Positions 9,898-19,201 are shown, counted from the first letter of the whole stretch. The stretch: DNA of 62,514 bases, filler included, from 3 parts of 3 records of this genome joined end to end with filler, not necessarily neighbours in it, one strand, 5' to 3'. The notes: generated by a model not told the origin, from the sequence alone. Numbers and translations are program-made.

Positions 9898-11362
9898 CCG
9901 CATATTTCCGGAGGTATCCCTTCATACGAAGCTTTCGTTGTGCGCTCGCTGAAGTCATGTAACGGACCTTTCCAAAGACAGGTCGTTCGGGGCCCCAGGC
10001 CCGGTCATGTCGCCCCAGAATCCAGAAGATGCCGGTATAGGAATTGGGATCCCTTCCATCGAGAGCATAACGGTTGTTGAGCCTTTCCATAATTCGAAGG
10101 GCATCCCGAGGGGTGGCCGACCAGTGGAGGATCTTTTTGCCCCAGAGCATCCGAAGGTAATTGTGAATCCTGCCTTCCTGGAGGAGTTGGTTCTGGGCAG
10201 CGTTCCATATGGGATCGTGGGTGCGTGCTTCCTCAAATTCCCCAACCGTGTAAAGAAACGGTCTTGGATCTTCGGCGTGATTTTGAAGTGTCTCCATTGC
10301 CCAGTTGGGAAGGGATTCATATTGGTGATAATCAGGCCGATTGTGGCAGAACCGGAACCCCAGTTCCCGCCAGGTGATAATTTGATCGAGAAAAGCCTCG
10401 GCATTTTCATCCATTCCCCACCACCCTTCCCGCCGGCCTTTTGCCTGATTAGCGCATTGTTCCGGGGACCATCCCTGTTGTTCCAGAATCCCCTTAACAA
10501 TCTCATGTGAAGAAATATGCCCGAAGTGGAGGTAAGGAGAAAGACCGCTTTCAGCCACCAGATCCGGGTGGTTCCGATTTTTTTTGTACCATGAAAACCG
10601 TTTTTCCATAAAGGTTCCCAAAGCGGATCGCGCAGCCCCCGTCCCGCCCTGATACATCACAGGCGTTACCCGGTGGTCAATGGGTAAAGTGCTTATGAAA
10701 GTTCTGATGGAATGGGCCGGGTCCAAAGGCATGGCGGGCCATCTTTGGGCAATTGCCGGCGGAATGGCACCAAAGGGCTGTAGTCCGGTTCCGCCAAAGG
10801 GCCGGGCCTTCGGTTGCCGGTTGAGGAGCGGAAGCAGGTGCTTCTGGGAAAAGCGTCTGAAATGGTAGGCGGTCCGGAACACCTTGTCTGAAAGGCGGAG
10901 AGGGATCAGGCCGTTGCCATCCACCTTTTCCATGAAGACGCCCACCTTTCCGGCTGCGGCCCGGGTCATGGCGGGAATGAAAAAACAGGGGAAGTGGTCC
11001 GTGACGATGACGCAGGCATCCTTGGAGAGGGCTTCAAGGAGCCCCTTGCCCGCTCCCGGGGTCCGCTCCACATAGGGGCAGTAGGCCGCAGGCCCTTGGG
11101 CCAGTTCATGAGCGTTATGCATCATCCCTTCCAGCACAAAGGCATGGAGCCTGTCGCTGGCCCAGGGGTAGTCGCACCGAAGGGCCTCCAATATTAAAAG
11201 GGGTTTTTGTAACTCCCGGGCCCAGTCCACGGCCCGATCCAGTGAAAAATTCCAGCTGACCCGTCTTGCGGCCGTCATCCAGTAGAGAACAAAATCGCCA
11301 TGGGGATTGAGCGGCTTTTTGTTGCAGGGGATGACACGCAGAGTGGGGACAGATCCGTTCAA
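9878..11362 (-). CDS. phr: Deoxyribodipyrimidine photolyase (class II-type)
   Basis: FVLYWM, SGLSPYLHFGHIS, THDPIWNAAQ, IHNYLRMLWGKK, LDGRDPNSYTGI; TTG start at 11362 follows AAGGAGA RBS. Confidence 0.9.
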   Translation of the reverse strand: MNGSVPTLRVIPCNKKPLNPHGDFVLYWMTAARRVSWNFSLDRAVDWARELQKPLLILEALRCDYPWASDRLHAFVLEGMMHNAHELAQGPAAYCPYVERTPGAGKGLLEALSKDACVIVTDHFPCFFIPAMTRAAAGKVGVFMEKVDGNGLIPLRLSDKVFRTAYHFRRFSQKHLLPLLNRQPKARPFGGTGLQPFGAIPPAIAQRWPAMPLDPAHSIRTFISTLPIDHRVTPVMYQGGTGAARSALGTFMEKRFSWYKKNRNHPDLVAESGLSPYLHFGHISSHEIVKGILEQQGWSPEQCANQAKGRREGWWGMDENAEAFLDQIITWRELGFRFCHNRPDYHQYESLPNWAMETLQNHAEDPRPFLYTVGEFEEARTHDPIWNAAQNQLLQEGRIHNYLRMLWGKKILHWSATPRDALRIMERLNNRYALDGRDPNSYTGIFWILGRHDRAWGPERPVFGKVRYMTSASAQRKLRMKGYLRKYAVSGHGS

Positions 11363-11383
11363 TTTAAAAATCTCCTTCAAATC

Positions 11384-12068
11384 TCAAGAATTCGCCGTTG
11401 GATCGATGCGGCAAACGTGGGGAAGTCTCGGTGCGAAACGACCGGCATCATCCAAAATTGGTTTTCCCACGGACCGGGCGATACCCCTCAGCATCCCTTT
11501 GAAAACGTACTGATGGAAGGGATAGAGGATATACCGGTAACAAAAGTCGGTATCCCGACTCCAATACCGTCCCGCCCGCATAGGTTTCCATGAGCTGCCT
11601 GTAGGTCAGAATATCCGGGCCGCCGATATCAAAGGTCCCCCCCATGGTCTCGTCATGCTCAAGGCAGCATTTCATATAACCCAGCACATTTCGGATGGCG
11701 ATGGGTTGCACCTGATTCCGGACCCAGCTGGGCGTAATCATGACCGGCAGGCGTTCCGTCAGGTATCGCATCATTTCAAAAAAGGCGCTTCCCGACCCCA
11801 GGATCATGGCGACACGCAGGAATGTGATGGAATGGACCAGATAGAATGCGGCCCAACAGCCTTGGGCGGCCTTTTCAAGGGATGCATAATCGAGAAAATC
11901 GCCTTGGGCCATCTCGATATTTTCGTGTCCCGCCCAGGGCCGCGCGCCAAGTTTGGCAAGGGAACGGCCCAGAACGCGGACGCGATACCCCGAATCCAGT
12001 AGCAGGGGAACAAGCCGTCCACCCACGTACCCTGTACCGCCGCTGACCAGAACCGGTTCACTTCGCAT
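11384..12068 (-). pseudogene. YbjT-like atypical SDR / DUF2867 oxidoreductase, internally deleted and frameshifted
   Basis: Rossmann GGTGYVGGRL; YLVHS joined directly to ITFLRVAMILGSGS; C-terminal YILYPFHQYVFKGML lies in another frame (11384-11581). Confidence 0.75.
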
Positions 12069-12109
12069 GCGAAATACCTCCTTATTGTTTACACTTCCCG
12101 GCGAAGCCC

Positions 12110-12571
12110 TTAAGATTGTAAATCCGATACAGATCCATAATAAGATCTGGTGGGACCTTCCAGAAGTAAATAGAATTCAATAATGATTTTAAACGGCACT
12201 CCTTGCGGGTTTTCAAAAAAGGATTTAAGGCCTGGGTGTTTAAAAGACAGGTTTTTTCGGATGCGTTCCCGTTCCGCTTCCTTTTTAACCCATTCAAATC
12301 GTCCCGAAACCGTAAGGGCCATCGCTTCCTCGGGGTCGAAACGCAACGAACCCTGTCGCGTGTCTATCAAAAGGCTGACGGCCGGGTTCTCACACAGATT
12401 TTGATACTTGCGGCCCTCATTCAGCGTCATCAGATAAATCTCGTCACATGAATCATTGGCCGCATAGGACATCAGCGAACAGTGGGGCCGATTCTTTGAG
12501 GCGGTGGCCAAAACGCAAGTTCCCTCTTTTCGCATGAGCATTCTGACCTTTTCACAAATTTTTTCGTCCAT
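12110..12571 (-). CDS. Pyridoxamine 5'-phosphate oxidase-like flavin-binding split-barrel protein
   Basis: CVLATASKNRPHCSLMSY, RKYQNLCENPAVSLLID. Confidence 0.85.
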   Translation of the reverse strand: MDEKICEKVRMLMRKEGTCVLATASKNRPHCSLMSYAANDSCDEIYLMTLNEGRKYQNLCENPAVSLLIDTRQGSLRFDPEEAMALTVSGRFEWVKKEAERERIRKNLSFKHPGLKSFFENPQGVPFKIIIEFYLLLEGPTRSYYGSVSDLQS

Positions 12572-12625
12572 TGTTTTTCCTCATGGGGATATTTCATACT
12601 CGCCATATGCATATTCATTCAAAAT

Positions 12626-12778
12626 CTATGGGGTTGTACCATTTCCGTCAATCACCATTCCCAGACAGCCGTTCACCGTAATCCGGTCGCCGGTTTGAAT
12701 CGGGGTCGTTGCGTCCGGAACGCCTGTTACACAGGGAAGACCATATTCCCGCGCGATGATGGCGCCGTAAATCAGCGT
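12626..12778 (-). pseudogene. Remnant of PEP-utilising enzyme His-swivel (mobile) domain
   Basis: Manual translation TLIYGAIIAREYGLPCVTGVPDATTPIQTGDRITVNGCLGMV..*; preceded by in-frame TAA; catalytic His position reads Tyr. Confidence 0.8.
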
Positions 12779-12923
12779 TTACCGAGGAAGAGGTACGGTC
12801 AGCTTAAGAAAAGCACAACCGGGAAAATTGACGAAACCTTTCGCTCGTTCATGGGTATCCGCTCATTATCCGGCCTTTCCATGAGGCCGAACAGTCAGAG
12901 AAAATTCGGCGTATACAGTTGGC

Positions 12924-12952
12924 ATGTTATCAGTTTCACTTGTAAAATACAA
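12924..12952 (-). promoter_or_regulatory. Putative sigma70 promoter toward the PPOX/ybjT/phr genes
   Basis: TTGTAT-N17-TAACAT with extended TG; -35 overlapped by inverted repeat CTTGTA-AAA-TACAAG (12939-12953). Confidence 0.4.
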
Positions 12953-12984
12953 GGATGCTCGTTCGCATGGTTTTCCCAAAATTG

Positions 12985-13024
12985 CGGCAAAGAGGTTGAC
13001 AGCGTTCTTTGCCGTCTATATAAT
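12985..13024 (+). promoter_or_regulatory. Consensus sigma70 promoter with overlapping palindromic operator
   Basis: TTGACA (12996-13001)-N17-TATAAT (13019-13024); CGGCAAAGA (12985-12993) / TCTTTGCCG (13006-13014) flank the -35 box. Confidence 0.8.
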
Positions 13025-13137
13025 TTTCAGCAAGCGTTTCTGATCCATACGGGATGCTAGACAGCGAAGCGGCCGCACACCGGCCAAACCATTAACCCAA
13101 CGTTCATGCAACGTGCAATCCAAAAAGGAGGCGTAAA

Positions 13138-13290
13138 ATGGCCGAACAAGGATTTGTGTGGGTAAAGGACAAAGCGGGAAACGAATTCGTCTGTCACGTA
13201 ACGGATCTGAAGGATCCCAAGAATATCAGCGACGAGGATTTAAAAAACTGCATGGATGACGCCACCATGGGGGTCAACATCGGAGACTAA
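13138..13290 (+). CDS. Small acidic 50-aa protein (not in ORF track)
   Basis: MAEQGFVWVKDKAGNEFVCHVTDLKDPKNISDEDLKNCMDDATMGVNIGD*; AAAGGAGG RBS, own promoter and terminator. Confidence 0.85.
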   Translation: MAEQGFVWVKDKAGNEFVCHVTDLKDPKNISDEDLKNCMDDATMGVNIGD

Positions 13291-13323
13291 CTTCAGGACA
13301 GGTCCAATCTAAACCATAAGCTT

Positions 13324-13360
13324 AAAAAAAGGCCGTGGAAAATAACCCACGGCCTTTTTT
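13324..13360 (+). terminator. Intrinsic (bidirectional) terminator
   Basis: A7-GGCCGTGG-loop-CCACGGCC-T6. Confidence 0.88.
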
Positions 13361-13491
13361 GTACCACTTTTCGAACAAAGCCTGGGGACAGCGCTGTTTT
13401 TTCCGAGGCCCGCCTGGGAATTTTTCATTTGTCCCTCCAAATGGATTCATGTATGGTTGTGTCAATTAATAACAACACCGAGGACTTTGTC

Positions 13492-14439
13492 ATGGAAAAG
13501 ATCCGCATAGGCGTCAGCACGTGTCTTCTGGGAGAGTCGGTGCGGTATGACGGCGGACATGCCCGCGACCGATATGTAACGGATACACTGGGGCAATACA
13601 TGTCGTTTGTTCCGGTTTGCCCCGAAATGGAGGCAGGTTTGGGACTCCCCCGCGAGCCGATTCGTCTGGTGGGAAACCCGGATTCACCCCGCGTCATAAC
13701 GATTAACACCAACAAAGACCTTACGGAAACCATGAATACCTGGGCGCAACGCAGGGTGAGGGAACTTGAAAAAGAAGACTTTTGCGGTTTTATTTTTAAG
13801 AGCAAATCCCCCAGCAGCGGCATGGAACGGGTAAAAGTCTATACGGAAAAAGGTATGCCGGTCAAAAAGGGTGTAGGGACCTTTGCCAAGGCCTTCATGG
13901 CGCACTTTCCGCTCATCCCCGTGGAAGAAGACGGAAGGCTGCACGATCCCCATCTGCGGGAGAATTTTATTGAACGGATCTTTACCCTGAACCGGTGGCG
14001 GCAGATGCTGAAGGAGAAACAGACCGTCGGAAACCTGGTAAAATTTCATACCCGACACAAATTACTGCTCCTTTCCCACAGCACAAAGCATTACCGTGAA
14101 ATGGGAAAACTGGTGGCGGAGACCAAGGGGAAAATCATATCCGAGATTTATGCCCGTTATGAGGCATTGCTCATGGAAGCACTCCGCTTGAAAGCCACGA
14201 TCAAGAAACACACCAATGTACTCCATCACATGATGGGATATTTCAAGAAGCAGCTCACCGCAGACGAAAAGCAGGAACTTTTAGAAGTCATTAATGACTT
14301 TTACAGCGGCCTTCTCCCCCTCATTGTCCCGGTGACGCTCTTCAAGCACTATGTGAGGAAATACGGGCAACCCTATCTCAAAGACCAGTTCTACCTCTCA
14401 CCCCATCCCATGGAACTCAAACTTCGAAACCGTGTCTGA
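13492..14439 (+). CDS. DUF523 + DUF1722 protein (YbgA/YbbK-like)
   Basis: IRIGVSTCLLGESVRYDGGH, VCPEMEAGLGLPREP, KSPSSG, EEDGRL, HTNVLHHMMGYFK. Confidence 0.88.
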   Translation: MEKIRIGVSTCLLGESVRYDGGHARDRYVTDTLGQYMSFVPVCPEMEAGLGLPREPIRLVGNPDSPRVITINTNKDLTETMNTWAQRRVRELEKEDFCGFIFKSKSPSSGMERVKVYTEKGMPVKKGVGTFAKAFMAHFPLIPVEEDGRLHDPHLRENFIERIFTLNRWRQMLKEKQTVGNLVKFHTRHKLLLLSHSTKHYREMGKLVAETKGKIISEIYARYEALLMEALRLKATIKKHTNVLHHMMGYFKKQLTADEKQELLEVINDFYSGLLPLIVPVTLFKHYVRKYGQPYLKDQFYLSPHPMELKLRNRV

Positions 14440-14667
14440 ATTTTTGGAATGCAAGACATCAATGGGAGGTGCTTTATGGATCATCAAAAATACATTTCGA
14501 AAAGCATCCGGATACCACCTAGGTTAAAGCTGGATCGCCTCGTGCCCATGATGTCCCATACCCTCGGCTTAAAGCCCTTCAGAATCATCACCAGAACCGG
14601 ATTCGGATGCTATTCCTGCCATTTGGGGCCATCGGGCGCCATGTTTGGGAACTCAGTTCCATAAACT

Positions 14668-15087
14668 TCACAGTGTTGTAAGGTAAACGAGAAGATGATC
14701 CAATTGATTTTCGTTCAGGCGGTCTGCAAAAGGAGGCATGTTCTTATAAGGGGTCTTGATCTGATCCCTGACACTTTTTTCAGTCACCGGGCGGCCGCTG
14801 ACCAGATTTCCCTTTCTTTTAAAAAGCCCTTTTAAGCCGGGGCCGATGCCGTTTTGATCAGAATCCGTGACATGGCACTGGGCGCAACCCTTGTTCTTGA
14901 ATAAAAGGCTCCCCTGATCCACAGCCTGCTGCGCATTCAGTGTTTCATGGTTCTTTTGCCCGTCATGGGCTTTTCCGCTATCCTGCTTGGAAATTACCTC
15001 GCCCTTAAAAACGCCGAGTACCACGGCAACAACAAATATGATACCCACCAAGCCGATGGTCGTTCGATGTAAGATTGTTTTTTCCAT
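14668..15087 (-). CDS. Membrane-anchored monoheme cytochrome c
   Basis: N-terminal TM helix, CAQCH, GPGLKG, distal MPPF Met ligand. Confidence 0.85.
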   Translation of the reverse strand: MEKTILHRTTIGLVGIIFVVAVVLGVFKGEVISKQDSGKAHDGQKNHETLNAQQAVDQGSLLFKNKGCAQCHVTDSDQNGIGPGLKGLFKRKGNLVSGRPVTEKSVRDQIKTPYKNMPPFADRLNENQLDHLLVYLTTL

Positions 15088-15096
15088 GACGCCCCC

Positions 15097-16428
15097 TTAA
15101 TCCAGAAAAGAAAAAATTTCCCGCCGAATCCGCCACTCGGAAACACCCATCTTGCGTAGGATTCCCATGAGGCCCTCAGCCATTTTAACCGGGCCGCACA
15201 CATAAAACGTTTTTTCGCCCGGACTTGGACCACAGTGCTTCTCAATTTTTTCCCTGTCCAGATGCCCGGTTTCGCCCGTCCAATTCTCATGGGGACGGCT
15301 CAGGATGTGAACCAGGGTCAGGTTCGGTTTTTTTCCGGCTGCGATCCGTTGTAGTTCCCCGCTAAAAACAATTCCCTCTTCCTTTTTGTTGGCGTACAGA
15401 AGCGTCACGGAACGTGTGTCCCCCACGTCCCGCATGTGCCTGAGCATAGCCATTAGCGGCGTGATGCCGATACCCCCAGCCAGGAAGACCAGATCACGTT
15501 CCTCGGGATGAAGCACATAAGAATAGCGGCCGAAGGGTCCATGGACCACGGCAGTGTCCCCAACCCTTGTCCGGCCGATGGTCGCCGTAAAATCGCCCAC
15601 CGCCTTAATGGTGGAACTGATGTAGACTTTCCGGGCCGGACTGGATGAAATGGTCCAGTGATGCTCCTCCACGGGAAGTGCCTGAGACCGAAAGAACGTC
15701 AGGAAATGAAACTGACCCGGCATGTAGTCGCCAATTGCCAGGCCTTGCGGCGGCGCCAGTTTTACGGTCCAGACGTCCTCGGTTTCCCGTCGAATTTCCT
15801 CAACCCGATACGGTAGTCGGCGTAACAGCGCCGGCCGCAACAATCGGTGATGGATGAACAAAATTACGGCTCCAGCAAGGAAAATGATCCAGAGGACCTG
15901 CATGGGCAGGACTTTCAGGTCGTCCCCCGCAAACCAGGCGTGAAGGAAGATGATTACCAGAATGGCGATGGCCGACAGATCATGGCCCAATCGCCATTTT
16001 TCAAACTTCAGGCCGAGCTTCCCCTGATAAATGGCAAAGAGGATATTGACGATCAACAGCACCAGCGCCGCTTTGCCCATCCAGATGTACCAGGGCAGAT
16101 CGAGATCCACGAGCAACCTCCAGCTGCGGTGCCCCAAGGCCAGCAGAATCGGGTGAATAACCAGGAAGCCGGCTGCGGCAAGCGCCATATATTTGTGGTA
16201 TCGAATGAGGATGTCCAGCCCGAAGGACCGCTCAATCCACCTGATTCGGGCGGCAAGGAGAAACTGAACCACCAGGATCATGAACCCCACAAGGGCAAAA
16301 TTGCATCCCACATCATTTAAGGCCCCTTCCGATGGCGCACCCAGAAAGGTCACCACCCAGACCGGCAGGGTCACGAGTGCCACATAGAGTCCGATACCGA
16401 AGAATCCGCCTTTACGCATGGAAAGCAT
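15097..16428 (-). CDS. Ferric reductase-like transmembrane + FNR-type FAD/NAD(P)H oxidoreductase
   Basis: TM region with His pairs (YHK..IHP, GHD..LHAW), PGQF, HGPFG, AGGIGITP, YVCGP, EIF terminus. Confidence 0.85.
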   Translation of the reverse strand: MLSMRKGGFFGIGLYVALVTLPVWVVTFLGAPSEGALNDVGCNFALVGFMILVVQFLLAARIRWIERSFGLDILIRYHKYMALAAAGFLVIHPILLALGHRSWRLLVDLDLPWYIWMGKAALVLLIVNILFAIYQGKLGLKFEKWRLGHDLSAIAILVIIFLHAWFAGDDLKVLPMQVLWIIFLAGAVILFIHHRLLRPALLRRLPYRVEEIRRETEDVWTVKLAPPQGLAIGDYMPGQFHFLTFFRSQALPVEEHHWTISSSPARKVYISSTIKAVGDFTATIGRTRVGDTAVVHGPFGRYSYVLHPEERDLVFLAGGIGITPLMAMLRHMRDVGDTRSVTLLYANKKEEGIVFSGELQRIAAGKKPNLTLVHILSRPHENWTGETGHLDREKIEKHCGPSPGEKTFYVCGPVKMAEGLMGILRKMGVSEWRIRREIFSFLD

Positions 16429-16678
16429 CCCTTCCGACGATCGTTTCTCCCATATCCCGAAAATAGGGGAAATGCAGCAGAATGGGCGGGGTGTCCAATT
16501 CGTTCACTCCGGCAGGATAACCCGCATCGCGCCAGGACTCAATGCCGCCTTTGAGAACAATGAATCTTGCTGTAGTGATCGTCCAGCAACGTATCGATGA
16601 GGTAAAAAGGTCTTTTCTCTTCAATCCATTTTTGAGGTCTTCCGGCGATAGCACCATGTAATTTTCTTGATTCACCAT
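16412..16678 (-). pseudogene. Rhodanese-domain remnant (frameshift + internal deletion)
   Basis: LSPEDLK then, in a shifted frame, WIEEKRPFYLIDTLLDDHYSKIH; abuts VLKGGIESWRDAGYP with the central part missing; GGAGG RBS. Confidence 0.65.
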
Positions 16679-16970
16679 GTCGAATCCTCCCTGATCCAGG
16701 GTTTAAGGGTTTTTGGTTGACGGCTCAGGGAGGAGAAACAGACGGGCGAGAGGGTTTTCAATGCTTTGAGCTGTAATCCGTATAGTATAGTTTATGATTG
16801 ACGAGGTGACAAGAAAAAGCCATTTTTTGCGTTTGCCTGTGTTTTGTGTTTGGGGTCGGGCCCAGCCTATTGAGTACTAAGGAATAACATCCCAATAATG
16901 AAGTCTGCCGTTAGAGCGTTTTTCAATCAACAAAATCGATACTTTTTTCATGCTGTCCCTTCCCCTTTAT

Positions 16971-19112
16971 TTAGTCCCGTTTTACCACCTGGCAAAGCAA
17001 GGCCTTGTATACGGGAAAACCCGAAATCGGATCGCGATTTTCAAAGTCGGTCAAATAGTTGGCGTTGGCTTCCCGCCACGCCGCCGCATGGATGGGACTC
17101 CCGCCCCCCACATTCACCTCCACCTGTCCCGTCATCACGTCGTCCGTCACCTTGGCCCAAAAGCCCACGCGGCCCCTGGGGGATTCCACCCAGACCCGGT
17201 CCCCGTTTTCAATGCCCCTCGCTTCCGCATCCACCGGGTGGATCAAAACCCGGGGTTTGGGCTGCAGCTTCAACAACCCCTTAATATTCAGATGTTGCGA
17301 TCGAAACGCCGACTGGAGCCTGGCCCCGCTATTGAACACCAGCGGGAATTTTTTGAAAAGCTCGGGACTGCCCAAAGGGCCTTCAGTGGGCTCCGTGTAT
17401 ACGGGCAGGCCGTCGTATCCGTATTTCGCAAGCAGGCTTGAAACCAGTTCTATCTTCCCCGAAGGCGTATGGAAGCCCGGTTCACCCCCCTTTCGCAGGA
17501 GACCCTTGGCATATTTCCGGTCTTCCCGTGTGCCGGCATCATAAGCGACGCCTTCCGGGTGGGCCTTCAATTCCGCCAAAGATACGGGGCCGGTCTCGAA
17601 GGCAAATTTTAGGCGGTCTTCCTCCGTCGCAGGGAAAAGTTCCCCATACCCCAGCCCTTCGGCCAGTCCCGCCAAAAACGCATACCCGGATTTCGCCTCC
17701 CCAATGGGATCGATCACCTTCTGCCGCAACTGGCAGTAGCCATTGGCATATTTTTGATACCCCGGATTTTCATAATTCGTGGCGGCCGGGAGTACGATGT
17801 CCGCGTACATGGCGTCGGCCGTCATGAACCGGTCGTACACCACCATGAAGTCGAGCGCTTTGAAGCATTTTTCCCACAATCCGGGATCGGGGAGGCTGGT
17901 CAGGAGCGATGCTCCGAAAACCAACAGGGTTTTCACCGGGTAGGGCTCGCTTTTAAGGATTGCCCGGGGCGCTTCCAAAAACTGGGCCGACTTGAGCATG
18001 TCACAAAAAAGCGGGTATTTGTCCGCGCCGATGGGTTTTACACCCTTGGGAAATTCCAGCTCCATGCGGGGGAACTTCACCGGATTTTTCGGCCGGAACA
18101 TGAGCCCACCCGAAACATCCATGTTGCCCGTTACGGCCCAAAGGCTCAACACGGCCCGGATGCTCTGGACCCCGCAATTGCTGTATTCCAATCCCGTATA
18201 CATGAGCAGGGAAGCGCCCTTTGCCCCGGCGATTGACCGGGCCAGTTTGGAGATGGTCTCCCGGGGCACGCGGGTGATCTTTTCCGCCTTTTCCGGGGGG
18301 AACTGTTGGACGTACGCTCTAAGCGCTTCAAAGCCCAAAGTCCAGTCCCGCACAAACGCCTCGTCGTAGAGACCTTCGTTCACAATGACGTTTATCATGC
18401 TCAAAGCCAGGGCCCCGTCCGTGCCGGAGCGGATGCCGATCCATTGGTCCGCCATTTTCGCCATGCGGCTTCGCATATGATCGATCACCACGACTCTTGC
18501 GCCCCGTTTTTTGGCGGCCAGAATCTTTTTCACCTTGTTGGGAGGCGAGTCCGTGGGGGGATTTGCCCCCCAGATGACGATGAACTCCGTATTTTCAAAA
18601 TCCGGGTAGGTCCCATGCATGGAAGTTCCGATGGTGGGTATTGCGGCAAGGAGGTTATAGGACACGGAGCAAACCGAAGAGACGCCCGTGCCGTTGGGCG
18701 AACCGAAGGGATACAAAAATCCACTGACGCCTTTGCTGGTGGGATTCGGGGTCCCGAAGACATCCACAAGATTTGAATCGAAACTGCCGCGGCCAAAGTA
18801 GCTCATGGCGGCTTGCGGACCGTATTCCTCCTTTGTGTTCCGGAACGCGCGGACAATGTGGTCCATGGCCGCATCCCAGGTGATCCGTTGGAATTTTCCC
18901 TCGCCCTTTTTGCCCACCCGACGCAAAGGGTGCTTCAGACGATCTTTGGAATAGATGATTTCCTTTGAATGGACCCCTCGAACACATACGACGCCCATGG
19001 GATGGCCCTTCAAAGGCAAAATCTTCTCCACCTTGCCGTCCATGAGCACCACATTCACACCGCAGCCGCCGGGGCATATGCCGCATATGCTTTTCACTGT
19101 TTCCCTGGTCAT
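16971..19112 (-). CDS. Molybdopterin (bis-MGD) oxidoreductase catalytic subunit, DMSO reductase superfamily, cytoplasmic
   Basis: CGICPGGC...C 4Fe-4S motif, RLKHPL, WGANP, IRSGTDGAL, ADIVLPA, TPSGKIEL, IHPVDA; no Tat signal. Confidence 0.9.
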   Translation of the reverse strand: MTRETVKSICGICPGGCGVNVVLMDGKVEKILPLKGHPMGVVCVRGVHSKEIIYSKDRLKHPLRRVGKKGEGKFQRITWDAAMDHIVRAFRNTKEEYGPQAAMSYFGRGSFDSNLVDVFGTPNPTSKGVSGFLYPFGSPNGTGVSSVCSVSYNLLAAIPTIGTSMHGTYPDFENTEFIVIWGANPPTDSPPNKVKKILAAKKRGARVVVIDHMRSRMAKMADQWIGIRSGTDGALALSMINVIVNEGLYDEAFVRDWTLGFEALRAYVQQFPPEKAEKITRVPRETISKLARSIAGAKGASLLMYTGLEYSNCGVQSIRAVLSLWAVTGNMDVSGGLMFRPKNPVKFPRMELEFPKGVKPIGADKYPLFCDMLKSAQFLEAPRAILKSEPYPVKTLLVFGASLLTSLPDPGLWEKCFKALDFMVVYDRFMTADAMYADIVLPAATNYENPGYQKYANGYCQLRQKVIDPIGEAKSGYAFLAGLAEGLGYGELFPATEEDRLKFAFETGPVSLAELKAHPEGVAYDAGTREDRKYAKGLLRKGGEPGFHTPSGKIELVSSLLAKYGYDGLPVYTEPTEGPLGSPELFKKFPLVFNSGARLQSAFRSQHLNIKGLLKLQPKPRVLIHPVDAEARGIENGDRVWVESPRGRVGFWAKVTDDVMTGQVEVNVGGGSPIHAAAWREANANYLTDFENRDPISGFPVYKALLCQVVKRD

Positions 19113-19201
19113 CTTGATCCCTCTTAAATGGCGACGCATCGTGAACTCCGGCAGGGCAAACCCGATCCGAGCCCTTGCTCATAATATTTCACCAATCTTT
19201 T

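Noticed and set aside
12695-13060. 121-aa + strand ORF
   Set aside because: Runs antisense to the PEP-domain remnant and across two promoters; TTG start with no RBS
16971-19139. Selenocysteine or recoding in the molybdoenzyme
   Set aside because: The ORF is uninterrupted, with no in-frame TGA
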